A DNA stretch of 64,000 bases from Octopus bimaculoides (taxonomy: Eukaryota): contig NC_068986.1 in the NCBI RefSeq assembly GCF_001194135.2, forward strand, positions 8,153,583 to 8,217,582. Reading direction: 5' to 3'. Position numbers and translations under genes: made by a program. This document shows, one piece after another, positions 13,566 through 27,004 of the stretch; the first letter of the stretch is position 1; the number at the start of each line of letters is the position of its first letter. The notes under the pieces are model-generated. The model was not told the DNA's origin, did not search any database, and saw only the letters and a program-made list of their open reading frames with translations.

Positions 13566-14099
13566 NNNNNNNNNNNNNNNNNNNNNNNNNNNNNNNNNNN
13601 NNNNNNNNNNNNNNNNNNNNNNNNNNNNNNNNNNNNNNNNNNNNNNNNNNNNNNNNNNNNNNNNNNNNNNNNNNNNNNNNNNNNNNNNNNNNNNNNNNNN
13701 NNNNNNNNNNNNNNNNNNNNNNNNNNNNNNNNNNNNNNNNNNNNNNNNNNNNNNNNNNNNNNNNNNNNNNNNNNNNNNNNNNNNNNNNNNNNNNNNNNNN
13801 ATATATATATATATATATATATATAAAAGCCTTCTCAAGAAATGTATAAGTAAAGCTAATTTAGTGAATTATGTTATTCTGCCATTTATAATGCACATTG
13901 GTCTGGCTTTGATGCTGTAAGTAAAAGTTTTTATCATAAATAGATCACTATCAACATGTATATATACAAGCATACATACATGTATCTATCTCTCTACCAT
14001 CTATAGACAGACAGACAGACGGACAGACAGACAGACAAACAGATTAATAGAAAATGTGTAGGTATGTCGAAAGAAAGTTTACCTTAGATATGTTTCGTC

Positions 14100-15425
14100 C
14101 ATTATTGGCTATACCTGGTCTAATTCAATACCACAATCTGGTAAAGATTTTGAAGTCATGATTAGATAGTTTTGTATCAAAAAGCCTACTCAGGTACAAA
14201 ACTTATTGATTGAAACGTATTTAGATATAATTAGTTTGTCTTGTATGATTTGGAGGAATTTGCCTATGCATTGCTTGGGCGTTATGGGCGTGTTTTTTCC
14301 TTGATTTATTTCAGGTTAATGGTAAATATAGCCGGGCCAGTAGAGTAATATAGTTATGTTTTGCAAGTTTGATTTATATAAGATTTGTGTGTCACAGGGT
14401 TGCAGCCTTGAGTGATTTTTAAGCTTCATAATGAGATCCGTTGAACAGGTTGTTTGCTATATTTTTAACACTGTGCAGACGAGTGTTCACAGCAAAACTG
14501 GAGTGAATACAGTCTGAGTAGTTTTTGATAATTCCAGACACCAGGGCCTAAATAAACGTAAGCTAATTCCTTTTAAGCTATGTCTGATTTGTATAGGACA
14601 ATATGTGTTAATGTATTATTATTCTTTTATCCTAGATCTGTAATCATGAATTAAATTTCCTTCCACTCCTTGTCCAAGTCAGTTTTTGATTGTTAGTTTT
14701 TTTAACACGCCCACCTTATTCTTGTATCGGTAACTTTAACTAAGATCTCACTTGCTTGGTAATCAATGGATTTCATTGCAAGTCTTCCTCTAGCTTTTTT
14801 TAAAATAATTCCTGATAAGGATGAAACATTATATAATGTATGTCTTAAAGCATAACATTATATTACGCTTACATGAAATAAAGTTTCTCAGCAAAACATT
14901 TGTCACAACATTGAAAACCATTCGTTTTGTTTCTTACTATTATAGCTTCACATCACACCAAGCATTTTACTATTTGTCGAATTACTGGTAAACAACTGGA
15001 ATTGCGAATTGCAAATTAACAGCGACTGGCCTTCATCGTTGATAAGATATTGTTTTACTGTCTACTCTTCGTTACTCTGTGTAGCCAATCGATGGCGTAG
15101 TATTAGTTTCCGGCATTGATTCTTAACGAATCCTATATACACATATTTATGTGTCCTACGAAGAGTAGTGAGCTCAACACAGTCCTTTGGGGGTATACCA
15201 ATAGTCATTTTGCGTGGTTGCAGTGAATTCCCGTGATCAAAACACGTTGGGTTCTACTTCCAAAGAAATACTGAATCCATTTTTCTACAGAGACCAGGGA
15301 TTTTGCTGAAATCAAGGTTCATAAATGTGTTTGAAACTAAACCTTTTAGATTGTCATCAAACTGAGCCCTGGGCTTTCTTCAACAGTCTCTGCTAAAGCA
15401 GCAGCTGTATTTGTTGGAAGTCAAA
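14100..15425 (-). mobile_element. Decayed CR1/L2-type LINE ORF2, reverse transcriptase and C-terminal part
   Basis: Frameshifted motifs on minus: QLL, FMNLDFSK (cf. YLDFSKAFD), KWIQYFFGSRTQRVLI (cf. WIxxFLxxRxQRV), IGIPQRTVLSSLLF (cf. GVPQGSVLGPLLF), HYEA*KSLK..NLI (cf. YEERLKxLxL..DLI), SLPD. Boundaries approximate. Confidence 0.7.
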
Positions 15426-15428
15426 AGA

Positions 15429-16229
15429 TTCTTTTATTTGTTTCAGTCATCATACTGCGGCCATGCTGGGGCACCACCTTAAAGAATTTTTAATCAAATG
15501 AATCAACCCCAGTACATATTGCCTTAAAGCCTGGTACTTATGCTTTCGGTCGCTTTTGCCGAGACGCTAAGTTACGGGTATGTAAACAGACCAACACCGG
15601 ATGGAAAGCCGTGGTGCGGGACAAATGTTAACAAAAGACACACACACGCACACATACTATGTATATANNNNNNNNNNNNNNNNNNNNNNNNNNNNNNNNN
15701 NNNNNNNNNNNNNNNNNNNNNNNNNNNNNNNNNNNNNNNNNNNNNNNNNNNNNNNNNNNNNNNNNNNNNNNNNNNNNNNNNNNNNNNNNNNNNNNNNNNN
15801 NNNNNNNNNNNNNNNNNNNNNNNNNNNNNNNNNNNNNNNNNNNNNNNNNNNNNNNNNNNNNNNNNNNNNNNNNNNNNNNNNNNNNNNNNNNNNNNNNNNN
15901 NNNNNNNNNNNNNNNNNNNNNNNNNNNNNNNNNNNNNNNNNNNNNNNNNNNNNNNNNNNNNNNNNNNNNNNNNNNNNNNNNNNNNNNNNNNNNNNNNNNN
16001 NNNNNNNNNNNNNNNNNNNNNNNNNNNNNNNNNNNNNNNNNNNNNNNNNNNNNNNNNNNNNNNNNNNNNNNNNNNNNNNNNNNNNNNNNNNNNNNNNNNN
16101 NNNNNNNNNNNNNNNNNNNNNNNNNNNNNNNNNNNNNNNNNNNNNNNNNNNNNNNNNNNNNNNNNNNNNNNNNNNNNNNNNNNNNNNNNNNNNNNNNNNN
16201 NNNNNNNNNNNNNNNNNNNNNNNNNNNNN

Positions 16230-16263
<34 letters not shown>

Positions 16264-16420
16264 GACGAGCTTCTTCAAGTTTCCGTCTACCAAGTCTCCC
16301 AATCAGAATGCTTTGGTCGGGGCGAGGCTACGGGAAGAAACACTTGCTTGAAGTACCACGCATGGGTTGAACCGGGAACTGTGTGGTTGAGAAGAAACCT
16401 GCTTACTTCACTGCCACACC
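15429..16420 (-). mobile_element. Long bipartite SINE (tRNA head, CORE-like domain, internal microsatellite in gap, tail)
   Basis: Head/CORE-like half at ~16260-16420 and tail half (..CCAGCATGGCCGCAGT..ATGACTGAAAC) at 15429-15640 flank a (TA)n gap. Same family at 17.06-17.5 kb and 58.8-59.3 kb. Confidence 0.85.
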
Positions 16421-16429
16421 TAATTGGTG

Positions 16430-17050
16430 CTCTGCAGAAAGTTATTCGTTCTTCACTTAACTACTCTTTCGAATAATTGGATAATAAATTAAGCGAGATT
16501 GGGCAATGGTTACTTGCAAGGAACCTATATTCTTTTCCAAAGATTGGGCAGAGAAATCGGGATAGAAAGTGTTTCGTTCTATTGCCTGTATTTCGCAATT
16601 TTCTCTGAAGATTAGCGAGAGATGCAATATGACGTTAGTAATCCTTCACAACACGAAAAAAAATATTTATCATGTCTTATGGCTGTGCATTATTTAATTT
16701 CATGCTGCGATGAAGTCTGGATTACCGAATGTTATATCGGAAATGGCGGCATACTTGTGACTGTTTTCCCCCCAAACTGACAAACTTTCATAGGATAGGG
16801 ATGCCAGTACGTTATTCTTCCTTTGGTATCATGGCTATTTGTTTGGCATTTTTATGTTAAGTGGAGTTTTCATCTATCACAGTGGACTGATGGCTGAAAC
16901 AGCGGATCTGTATTTGTTGGCAAAAGAATATAAGATTTTGGATTCTGTTCAGTTTTCTGAATAGCCCGTCTTCTTTTGCAGTGCTTTAACTGTTTGGGGA
17001 TTGGTCGGATGAGTTACCATTAATGCACCCGGTAAAGGAAATGCGGGTAG
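16430..17050 (-). mobile_element. Upstream part of the same CR1/L2-type LINE ORF2
   Basis: Minus-strand ESKILYSFANKYRSAVSAISPL (cf. NPKxFYSYxxxKxxxxxxIGPL), PIFGK and ASNHCPISL (cf. NYRPISL); colinear with 14100-15425 across the SINE. Confidence 0.65.
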
Positions 17051-17056
17051 TGCATT

Positions 17057-17250
17057 ATTCTTTTACTTGTTTCAGTCATCCATGCTGGATCACCGCTTTT
17101 AGTCGAACAAATCGAACCCAAGACTTATCGAACCTAGTACTAATTATATCATTCCTTTTTGCCAAACAGCTAAGTTATAGGAATGTAAACACACCAACAT
17201 CGGTTGTCAAGCGATGGTAGGAGACAAACACAGACACACACAAACATATA
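17057..17250 (-). mobile_element. Tail half of the long bipartite SINE
   Basis: ttcttttacttgtttcagtcat..ccatgctgga..gctaagttataggaatgtaaacacaccaacatcggttgtcaagcg matches 15429-15640. Confidence 0.8.
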
Positions 17251-17256
17251 CATATA

Positions 17257-17437
17257 GCAGGAGTGGCTGTGTGGTAAGTAGCTTGCTTCCAAACCACATG
17301 GTTCCGAGTTCAGTCCCACTCCGTGGCACCTTAGGGAAGTGCCTTCTACTATAGCCTCGGGCCGATCAAAGCCTTGTGAGTGAATTTGGTAGACGAAACT
17401 GAAGGAAGCTCATCATATATATATGCGTGTGTGTGAG

Positions 17438-17484
<47 letters not shown>

Positions 17485-17515
17485 GTGTGTCCGTGTGTGT
17501 GTGTGTGTGTCCCCA
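17257..17515 (+). mobile_element. Head half of the long bipartite SINE (tRNA head, CORE-like domain, (TG)n)
   Basis: gcaggagtggctgtgtggtaag (box A-like), gagttcagtccc (box B-like), ggcaccttagggaagtgccttctactatagcctcgggc (CORE-like), then (TG)n. Confidence 0.85.
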
Positions 17516-18500
17516 AATAAGTTTCTCTCTTAATATTTATTCCATAATGCTTATTTTTAATCTAGTATATACTGTCCTAAGTGTTTAGGGCCCATTACAA
17601 CATCCACCATTCTCCCATTCATTTATTTATTTATTTATCTTACCCAATATATAATGGTCTCAATAGCTGGTCTTTTGTTTTTAAATTTCAACTGACCAAT
17701 TGTATCGAACGTTGGGCCTTGGCCTATCTCACTTCGGACAACAGGTGGAAGAGTTTAACCACATACTAGTAAATAAATTTTTAAAATTACATTTAATCGA
17801 TTAGCACTTTATTATGATAAATACTATTAATTAGTGCTATAAACATAATTATTATGAATTATGATTAATCTAAGACTTTTTTGTATCTTCACACCTTCTC
17901 CGACTAAAACCTATTGGCGTATCCCACTATTATTTTATATTTTTTATTATTTATCCATTCTATCCACCCCCACCCCCGTACAAAGGATTAATCCGCCAAT
18001 TACTATTTTAAGTTTAGTCATTTACTTAACATACTAGAGAGATACACAAGCAAAATGGAATGATTACATCCATATTCAACTTTTCCTTTTTTTCTTCTCT
18101 AGGCCCTTCTTTTTTAATTATTCTTCACTCTGTTGAAGCTCCATCCTTCAGATCGGTTTTATTACCAAATATGATAAATGATTTTAGCATATCAATGGCA
18201 ATACCATACAGCATTGGAAACAGAAACAGCTGTTAGATGGGATGCAATCTATTTGTATTGAATTAATAAATGATAATTGATGTAAGTGAATTGTTGTTCA
18301 TCAATTTTTTCTCCATTTTCTGTTTTCTTTAAATTTAGATTCTTGATAAACTTGATATTCATCCTTGTTTTTACCTCTAATTCATGAGCATGATATGCCT
18401 GCATATATACGCCAATGGTTAAATATAGATAATATACCGGTAGTATAATGGTTATTTCTATCCCTTAGACGGTTATTTTAACTTCGAACTCAACCAAACT

Positions 18501-18547
<47 letters not shown>

Positions 18548-18586
18548 NNNNNNNNNNNNNNNNNNNNNNNNNNNNNNNNNNNNNNN

Positions 18587-18666
<80 letters not shown>

Positions 18667-20375
18667 AAGGGTAAAAATCATTAATACTTTCACCAGAGAG
18701 TCAGCGCAGTAATAAAAGTTTTATAGGTAAATTTTACAAATATTTTAATAATTATATACATAATTATAACAAGGGATTGGCTATAAGCCTCTCCATGCTC
18801 TAGAAAATTAGACGCCAAAAGACGCTATCACCGCCTTAACACACTGGGATGTAATCGGGCAAAAAAAAGATAATGAATTAAACTTTTGGTTAACCATGTT
18901 CATGATCCTGTTTCAAGCTTAAAGTAAAAGAAATATTACTTACTGCTATCATCAACAACGTTATTCCATAGTATAAATTTAGGAATATCTACACATACGC
19001 ACACGAGCGGCGTCATCGTACAGCAAATATACGTACACACTCATAGTAAAGTGTTTTATTCTTGGAGTTTTTAAGGTGGTTATAGCTTCTTTCGGCGTCT
19101 ATTTTTCCAGCGCGTGGGGAGGCTTGTAGCCAATCCCTTGTTATAATTATATAACATATTAATATATATATATCCAATATTTAATGCAGTCTTTTCGGTG
19201 ACAGTTTAGTTCAGATGCGCATTATTGCTTGGGGCGCTAAGTTTTTTTTTTTGTTGGTGTTTTTTTTTAAGCAGTATAAATTTATATTAATCCTAGCCGG
19301 GAAACCGTTTATACTGAAACACAACTGAATATATTTTTTGTATTTAACATTGATTTCTTCAATTTATTCTTCTGAAGAAGTAGAAAACTCGATTAAATTG
19401 ACCCCACTGTCTAACTTGTATTTATTTTAAGATACCAACTGCATGGTACTAATCTTAGTGGAATTTGAACCTAAGACGTAAACACTTAGATATTGCAAGG
19501 CTGTTTTAAATCTACACTGAAATATTTTTCATACCTCATACATTAAATATCGAACGATAGCAGGCATTTTCTCCGGTTGGTTTCAACTGTATTTCACTAA
19601 CGAATGCCTGATCATGTACCTTTACAGCAAATGAATATTAACAAATCTATATTTGTAGATATGTAGAATAATTTTTCAACATACAAATAGAAATGATTTT
19701 AGGAAATTAATCAATTTTATTTTGCAAAAGGCATTTATTTGGCTTCAAATTTCAGTAAATCGCTCTGTACAGTTATTTAAATTATTAGTAAAAGTGAGAA
19801 TTGAATTTTTTGATAATGATGATAGTTTTAATTTTCCATGATGGTTATCAATATTAGAGATTTGTTAGTAGTATAACAGAACGTTTGTTTGTAGTCGATG
19901 TCGGTCGTAAATTAAATTCTGATATATAAAGAATGTATTAAAAAATAAAAATCATACAACTTCAATAATACATAGAATTAATATAATTAAAATATAGAAA
20001 ATAATTATGCACAATTAATTGAAATGTTCAACATGTTTTTTCTTATATAATTTCCGTTACACAGAGTCATGTCATATTTTTTTCGCCTTAAATTTAAATA
20101 TGATTGAAAATTGTAATTAAATATTTTCAACGCTTAAAACAAAATTATAGAATTACGGTTGTACAAGATTTATTGACGCGTGTCAGTTATTTCCTGGATT
20201 TTGGTCTTATCAGATGCTCAATTAATCTGGTAAGGCACACTTCGATACATGAATCAAAGTATAAAAGAATGGAATTACGAAAAATAAAAAATTTAATTGT
20301 CGAAATTTAAATTGATACCAAAAAAGCAAATTCATATCAAATAAGATAAATATTCTTTTATCTAAAATATAAATA

Positions 20376-20474
20376 GAAGAAGAAGAAGAAGAAGAAGAAG
20401 AAGAAGAAGAAGAAGAAGAAGAAGAAGAAGAAGAAGAAGAAGAAGAAGAAGAAGAAGAAGAAGAAGAAGAAGAA
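20376..20474. repeat. (GAA)n microsatellite
   Basis: Perfect triplet array of about 100 bp. Confidence 0.97.
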
Positions 20475-21761
20475 AACATTTTTATGAAAAATACATTGAG
20501 GTTTTCGACATTAAACAAAGATCTTTATTGAGAATGTGTATTTCATCTGAGAGAAATCGATTTTGCACAAGACAAATTAAGAATTCATCTTCATCTTTTT
20601 TTTTTAATAAATTCCTCTAGACTGACATACCTTTATATATATATACATTTATAAACGAGAGGCTGACAGATGTGGCCATCACCAAATAATAATGTACTTG
20701 ATTTATTTCCATGATTCTTCGTGAATCACAGAAACAAAATCATCTGGCATGATGTTGCTTTAAAATTGTCCGATCCCATATTTTACACATCTATATCACA
20801 GTTTAGATTTATGTACGGCAATAGGACGTGTTCCTGTTATAAACAAACATTGCTTGTCAATGTTAGTCTTTTTTTAATGTAGAGTCAGCAAAGTTCAAAC
20901 CATTCTTCATATCATGCTAATATGCTCTCACAGAATTTATAGTATTATAGGCTTGAATGTCATATTTATTTATGTTTATTTCTAGATGTACGTAGCGATA
21001 AATTATATTGTTTCGAATATATAAAAGTTGCTTTATAGAGTTTATGGTGAACGAGCGAATGTTTTTTAGTCGGTGGTAATACAGATTATATACTTGTACC
21101 GTGGCTTTGAATCAAGAGAACTTACTAGTAGCACAATATGTAGACATAGAATATCTCTAAATACAGAAATGAGGATTACAGCCTATCAGTAAAAACAAAG
21201 TTTAAAGGGAAGACATATTAATAGGATTTATCAAGGTAAATTAATTAAGACAAATTCTATGCAACGTAAGGAACTTTTTCATGTTAGTCCAATCAGCTGA
21301 CAGATGAGAATGTTTAGTATTTTATCAGATATTTTATATTTCTGCATTTAGTAGAGATTAGTGATGCCAGTAGACAGCAACAGCACACAGTAGCTCAATG
21401 ACTTATTGTATCGAAAATATTTATTCATTTTAAAGAAACTACATATATATTCGCCAAAGACGAATAAATACGTTTAATGGAGTTGACAAAAATATCCTTT
21501 CCACAGCCAAATTAGATATTATTGAATGAAGTCTTAGAATAATATTCAACTAGCTTCAAGTGAAGTGAGCTGAAGTGAGGTTTCAAGGAGTTTCACTGAT
21601 CACAATTTCAAATATAAAGAGTAGCTCATATGTTGTCACTACCTTCATTCCCTCAACCTCTGTAAACACACTTAAATCTCATCTTGATGCAGCCATATAC
21701 ATATGATGTTATGATGTAAACCAGAGCAGAACTGTAGATTTTGAATATTTCAATATGTTGC

Positions 21762-21766
<5 letters not shown>

Positions 21767-21829
<63 letters not shown>
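21767..21829. repeat. (TAG)n microsatellite
   Basis: Perfect triplet array. Confidence 0.97.
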
Positions 21830-22307
21830 CAGTAATTTAGTTCAGAGATTTCCGTAGGAAAATAAACATTCTTGTGATACGTTACTGTTCTTCCATTTAA
21901 TACAACGGGAACCGAAGAGAGGTGTTGTTTAGAGAAAAGAAATTATGGTTCCTTAATAAACTTGATTATAGAATATAAGTCACTGCATTGTTTAAAATGT
22001 CTATCTTGTATCAACAGCAACTTTGTTATAGCTTTCTTTATTTTATGTTGAGCCAGAGAAAATATATCATATGTATGTATTGAGATTTAAAATCGTTCAG
22101 AGTGAACCCTTTTCTTGTGGCTTTGATAAAGCTCTCTTGAAAGATACCTGGATTTGCCCCAGTAATAAGAGACCATGTCCATCGGCGGACTTTATAGCTA
22201 AAATTGCAGGTTAATAAACCATGCGTTTCTTTTATGAAATCGCTTTCTACAGCGTCACACACACACACACACACACACACTAATATGCGTATATGTGTAT
22301 ATGTGTA

Positions 22308-22375
<68 letters not shown>

Positions 22376-22388
22376 GCATGTATGTATG

Positions 22389-22420
<32 letters not shown>

Positions 22421-23349
22421 CGTATGTATGCATGTATGCAGCGAGAGAGAGAGAATTAAAAAGAAGGTGAATATGTTTGGTTATTAACATAATTGTATAT
22501 CAGTCTCGAGCCTTTCGGATGATAGCTTGACATTAAATTGATGTAGCGATCACTAAATGCAATTTATTAACCAAATAAATTCGTTACAAAAGACTAGATT
22601 ATAACGTTGCAGTTTTATAAAATTATATGGTATAAAAAGAGTTGGTGAAGTGAAGTAAAAGCAATTTTCCGATAGAAAAATTGAATTTTCTATTGTAAAC
22701 ACAATAAATGCTGAAGTTTAATATCTTTAACGTGAAATTAGAGACAATAACAAACCCACATTGTACCGAATTAGTACATATTGCTACACACCACACCAAT
22801 ATATAGAAAGTGTATGTTATGTTCCTATACTCCTTCACTTTGTCTGTTGCTCTTAAATCTGTGTGAGTCTTTGTGTCTATAAAATTTCAGTTACATAATT
22901 TAAAACGAGTGAAATATTTTTGTCTTTATAGTCGTTTTTAGAATTGTTTTAGTGGCAGGTCATTTCTAAATGAGCTGATTCCTGATAGTAGAATATGTAA
23001 CTCGAAGACATTAACACACCTTATTCTATTCTAATCACCTTGTACGAATAAAGAAGTGTGATTCTTTTATATTTATTGCTCAGACAAATTAAGAAGTTCC
23101 CCGCTGCAATTCACGCATGATTAGCCATATGGTTGTCAATAACGGCCATTTTCTGTTTGTAATCAATTCCCATTCTGGCAAGTGTTATAATGCAAAACGT
23201 AAGTTGTCGGATTCCCATTGAAGTTCTCACATTATAGACAGGCAACTAATGTCCACAAGGAAGATGCGAATGCCATTCACCTCCCTACATGTCCTTTTAT
23301 GCTGAAATCAATATAAATATTTTTTACACGGTCAATACTTTTAGTGGAG

Positions 23350-23575
23350 TAAAGCCGACTGAATTGATCTAGTCAATATATTATATTTATTTTATCGATC
23401 CTGAATCGATAAAAAGCAAAGTCGATCTTAGGGAAATCTGAACAGTGACCACTGAAGCAGTGAACTACTTAAAGAACTACAATGAACGTTGGATGCTGCT
23501 TCAGTCTGCCTTTTTATCCTTTTCGGGGATCGATAAAATTCAATAACATACTAGATCGAATCAATCTATTATATT
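23350..23575. mobile_element. Two degenerate Nin-SINE remnants, head-to-head
   Basis: tttatcgatcc..aaagcaaagtcg (minus-strand remnant) and gcctttttatcctttt cggggatcgataaaat (plus-strand remnant); inner 10-bp inverted match actgaagcag/ctgcttcagt. Confidence 0.45.
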
Positions 23576-24278
23576 CTTGCTAAACTACAAAATATTAATT
23601 TTATACCTAGTCAAAAGAAATCAATATGATCATTATTTATGTCAACAAGCTAATAATCTTATGAACACCACATAACATATCCTTGTATGATATCTCCTTC
23701 ACAACATTTATGAGGCACTAAATTATAACATGAAGAAATATATTGTTTAACGCGTGAAATGCGGTGTAACTTGTTGTACTCAAGTTCGAATTTATTTTCA
23801 AGATTTCTTTTTTTTTTTTTTGCCAAGGCAGTATAACAGAACATAGGAATTGAAGTTATTCAAGTTAGTGAGCGTGTGAGGTGAACATTTCATCTTCTGC
23901 ACAAGACCAATGATCAAACAACTTATTTGTTATATATCTCAGTTCACCGAGCTGTAGACACGAGTAGAGAATGCTATATATTTCACGGCTTCAAGCGGTG
24001 TGTTTAATTGACAAGCCATATAAATTTCCGTGTTGAATTTTCTAGGAAATACTCCATTAAGTCGAAGACCTTCCTCTTGATGGTATACTTCAGCCAGATG
24101 TTATTATGTATTCATTCAATGACTATTCCTGTCTTTCATGTGGCATCTTAGACCCCCCCCCCCGCTCCACACCGATCTCCCCAAAAGAAAAAAACAACTC
24201 TACTCGCGTCTCATGGAAATGAAGTCGTTCAGAATTACACTCCAACATCTGATCTAAAATCATGCACTGTCTGCCTTT

Positions 24279-24293
24279 ACAACAACAACAACA

Positions 24294-24382
<89 letters not shown>

Positions 24383-24385
24383 CAA
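24279..24385. repeat. Compound (AAC)n(TAC)n(TAA)n microsatellite
   Basis: Visible arrays. Confidence 0.95.
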
Positions 24386-24553
24386 CGATACTCAGAGATG
24401 GTTTGTCGCTATGTCCCCGCCCCATTTAGATATACCTAACTCATTCGTCCGACATACCCCGCTCTTAGCAGCCCCTGCCCACCGGCTCCTCTTCAGTATT
24501 GTTGTTCAGGAATTTCATGATTTATACATATTTCTTTAGTAATCGTCAAAGGA

Positions 24554-24602
<49 letters not shown>

Positions 24603-24629
24603 TTCTTTCTCTATCTATTTCTCTACGCC

Positions 24630-24664
<35 letters not shown>

Positions 24665-24759
24665 TTTTCTTCTCCTTTCTGCTATATTGTGTCCACTACA
24701 GCAATGTCTGCTATGTCCTCTACAGCAAACCCCTACACTGATGGGTGAGGATCAAAATC

Positions 24760-25003
24760 CTTCATCGGTCCTATAAACTGATGAGGGCCGGTTCCCCAGT
24801 TATCGTGATGCTTACATTCTCCACCGGGGGACGGGACACCAGTCCGTCGAAGACTTACTCAATTTTACAAGCTGAGTGGACTGAAGCAAAATGAAATGGA
24901 CTGTTTTGCTCAAGGACACACTGCATCGCCTGCTCCAAAAATCGAAACCTTAATCGTACGCTCATGAGTTCAACACCCCAACCACTAAGCTACGCACCTC
25001 CAC
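24760..25003 (-). mobile_element. tRNA-derived SINE with Meta-like central domain
   Basis: Reverse complement: gtagcttagtggttgggg (box A), ggtttcgattt (box B-like), tgtgtccttgagcaaaac..cagtccactcagcttgtaaaattgagta..gacggactggtgtcccgtcc. The domain name is from memory. Related copies at 27.0 and 50.6 kb. Confidence 0.7.
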
Positions 25004-25149
25004 CCATACACTGTCCACAAAACACAGTCTGATCTCCGCGGAATATTCACTTCATAAATATCCTTCCCTGCACGTCTCCTGCTGTTGTCGTCTTCTAACT
25101 CTTCAAGAGGAACGCTGTGTCGTTGATATTGACATCGAAGAGCCAATTC

Positions 25150-26030
25150 GTTCGGAACCAACCATTAAACTCTTAAATGTGAAAGTTATTAACATGACTT
25201 TCCTATGACCAATTTTACCACTTCCTCACCGCCACCATCGGAAGGAACTCAACTCTTACAGATTTGCCAAGATCTGTTTTGGTTTCTTAGTTTTATGGCT
25301 TACTTTTATGTAATCTCATCACGGCACAACCAAATTCTTCTCTGTTCTTTTGTAGAAATCGTGTAGAAAACTGCGATATCATAAAATTGTTTTCTTTCAC
25401 AAAATGCTGTTGTTTACATAAAAAAAGAATTCAGTTCGAAATCCTTTGTTGCCTATTATTTTTATGCGATATTATATTCTAAATTTACATTTTCTTCAAA
25501 AACCTAAAACCTATATGATGTCGACATTTAAATAACCAATAAATTCTTTCTTTATCTCTGTATCTGAATTATCTCTTTTGTTTCCTTTATCAGCTTTCTT
25601 TATAAGTTTTCTTCTGTCACTGAACGTTGTTGCTAAACCTTATTGCTGCTTCTATCCTTATCATATATCCTTACTTCTTAATTCACAGCAAGTCGCTACT
25701 TATTTTTAAACTTGGCAGATATCAGCCTTTTCGATATCATCTCATTTTATGCTGTTTTAGAGACATTTGTGTGTTTTTTTTTTTAGATCCATTTCTTTGA
25801 CAATATACGCAATTAGATTTTTGTTCACTTTTATTTAAGTTTCCATCGTTTTTTTCTGGTTTCATTTTCTATTTTATATTGTTTTGACAGTTAATTTCAA
25901 TACTTCTTAAAGTGTTTCTTGTTTATATTTGGTGCTTTTCCTTTTTCCGATTCACTCATAACCTTCAAGGTTTCAAGCGATCCTTTATTTGTTCATCACA
26001 CATTCTCTTTCTTTCGTTTCCAATAAGGCG
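25150..26030 (-). mobile_element. Highly decayed LINE ORF2-like fragment
   Basis: Only weak motifs on minus: GKAPNIN (cf. GKAPGxD), KKADKGN, KGFR. Clade uncertain. Confidence 0.25.
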
Positions 26031-26574
26031 AAGGAACACTTTTTTAATATTAAATTCAGAATGAATTAAAGATCAATAATTTGTTTTTAATTTATTTCTT
26101 TGTCATTAGATTAATAAGCATGCATTCAAATGTTTCTTTGTAAAATATGCAGTTTTATAAACAGTTAGATTTATGATAAAAGCTGTAATTTCCTTAAATC
26201 CATAGAAAATATCGTTCATTTAAGATACTCGGAACATTTTCTATAATTTCGGCATTAAGATTAACAAGTTATATTTTCAAATTAACAAAACTCTAATAAA
26301 AGCTTCTTTTCAGTTCATTTTTCGTTTCCGGTTCTGCTTTGCATCAATGAAAAGAAACAGCATTTCTCACCGAAAAACCGTTTAAAATAACTATGAATGT
26401 TTTAATGAATGACATCCCAAATTCTAAATAAACCATTTGCATTAGCCTTATCTTTTTATTCTCTTTATTTTATTCATGTTTATCGTCATCTTATTACCAT
26501 AACTAATAGTTATAGTTTAGATTAATGATTTGAGGCATACCTCAATAGCTGCATTTCTTATATCATATTCTATG

Positions 26575-26995
26575 TACACCTCGACAAATATTATATACAC
26601 TTTAACTAAGTATTTTATACACCTCGTCATAAAGTATTGTATACTCGTTGCCATAATGTATTATATAAAGCTACCATAAAGAATATATACATTACCTTAT
26701 CATAAAGTACAATAAACACCTCATAAAATATTGTAACTTATAAACTATTATACATACTTTGTCATAAAGTACTATATATACTTCATTAAAATAAATTATA
26801 CACACCGTGCCAATAAAGAGTTATACACACCTTATCACAAAGTATTATACACACAATACTATAATGTATTATATAAATCTCATCGTAAAGTATAATAAAC
26901 AACACAATATAAAGTATCATCTACACCGTATGATAAAGCATTATATACACCCTTATCGTTAAATATTATATACACTCTATCGTACAGTTTATATC
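26575..26995. repeat. Degenerate minisatellite, unit about 23-25 bp (approx. TACACCTTATCATAAAGTATTATA)
   Basis: Recurring ..acacc..tcataaagtattata variants, roughly 17 units by eye. Confidence 0.7.
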
Positions 26996-27004
26996 ACTTA
27001 ATCA

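Noticed and set aside
14340-14420. CNPVTHKSYINQT as a GIY-YIG motif
   Set aside because: Another frame fits the CR1/L2 C-terminus and is colinear with clear RT motifs.
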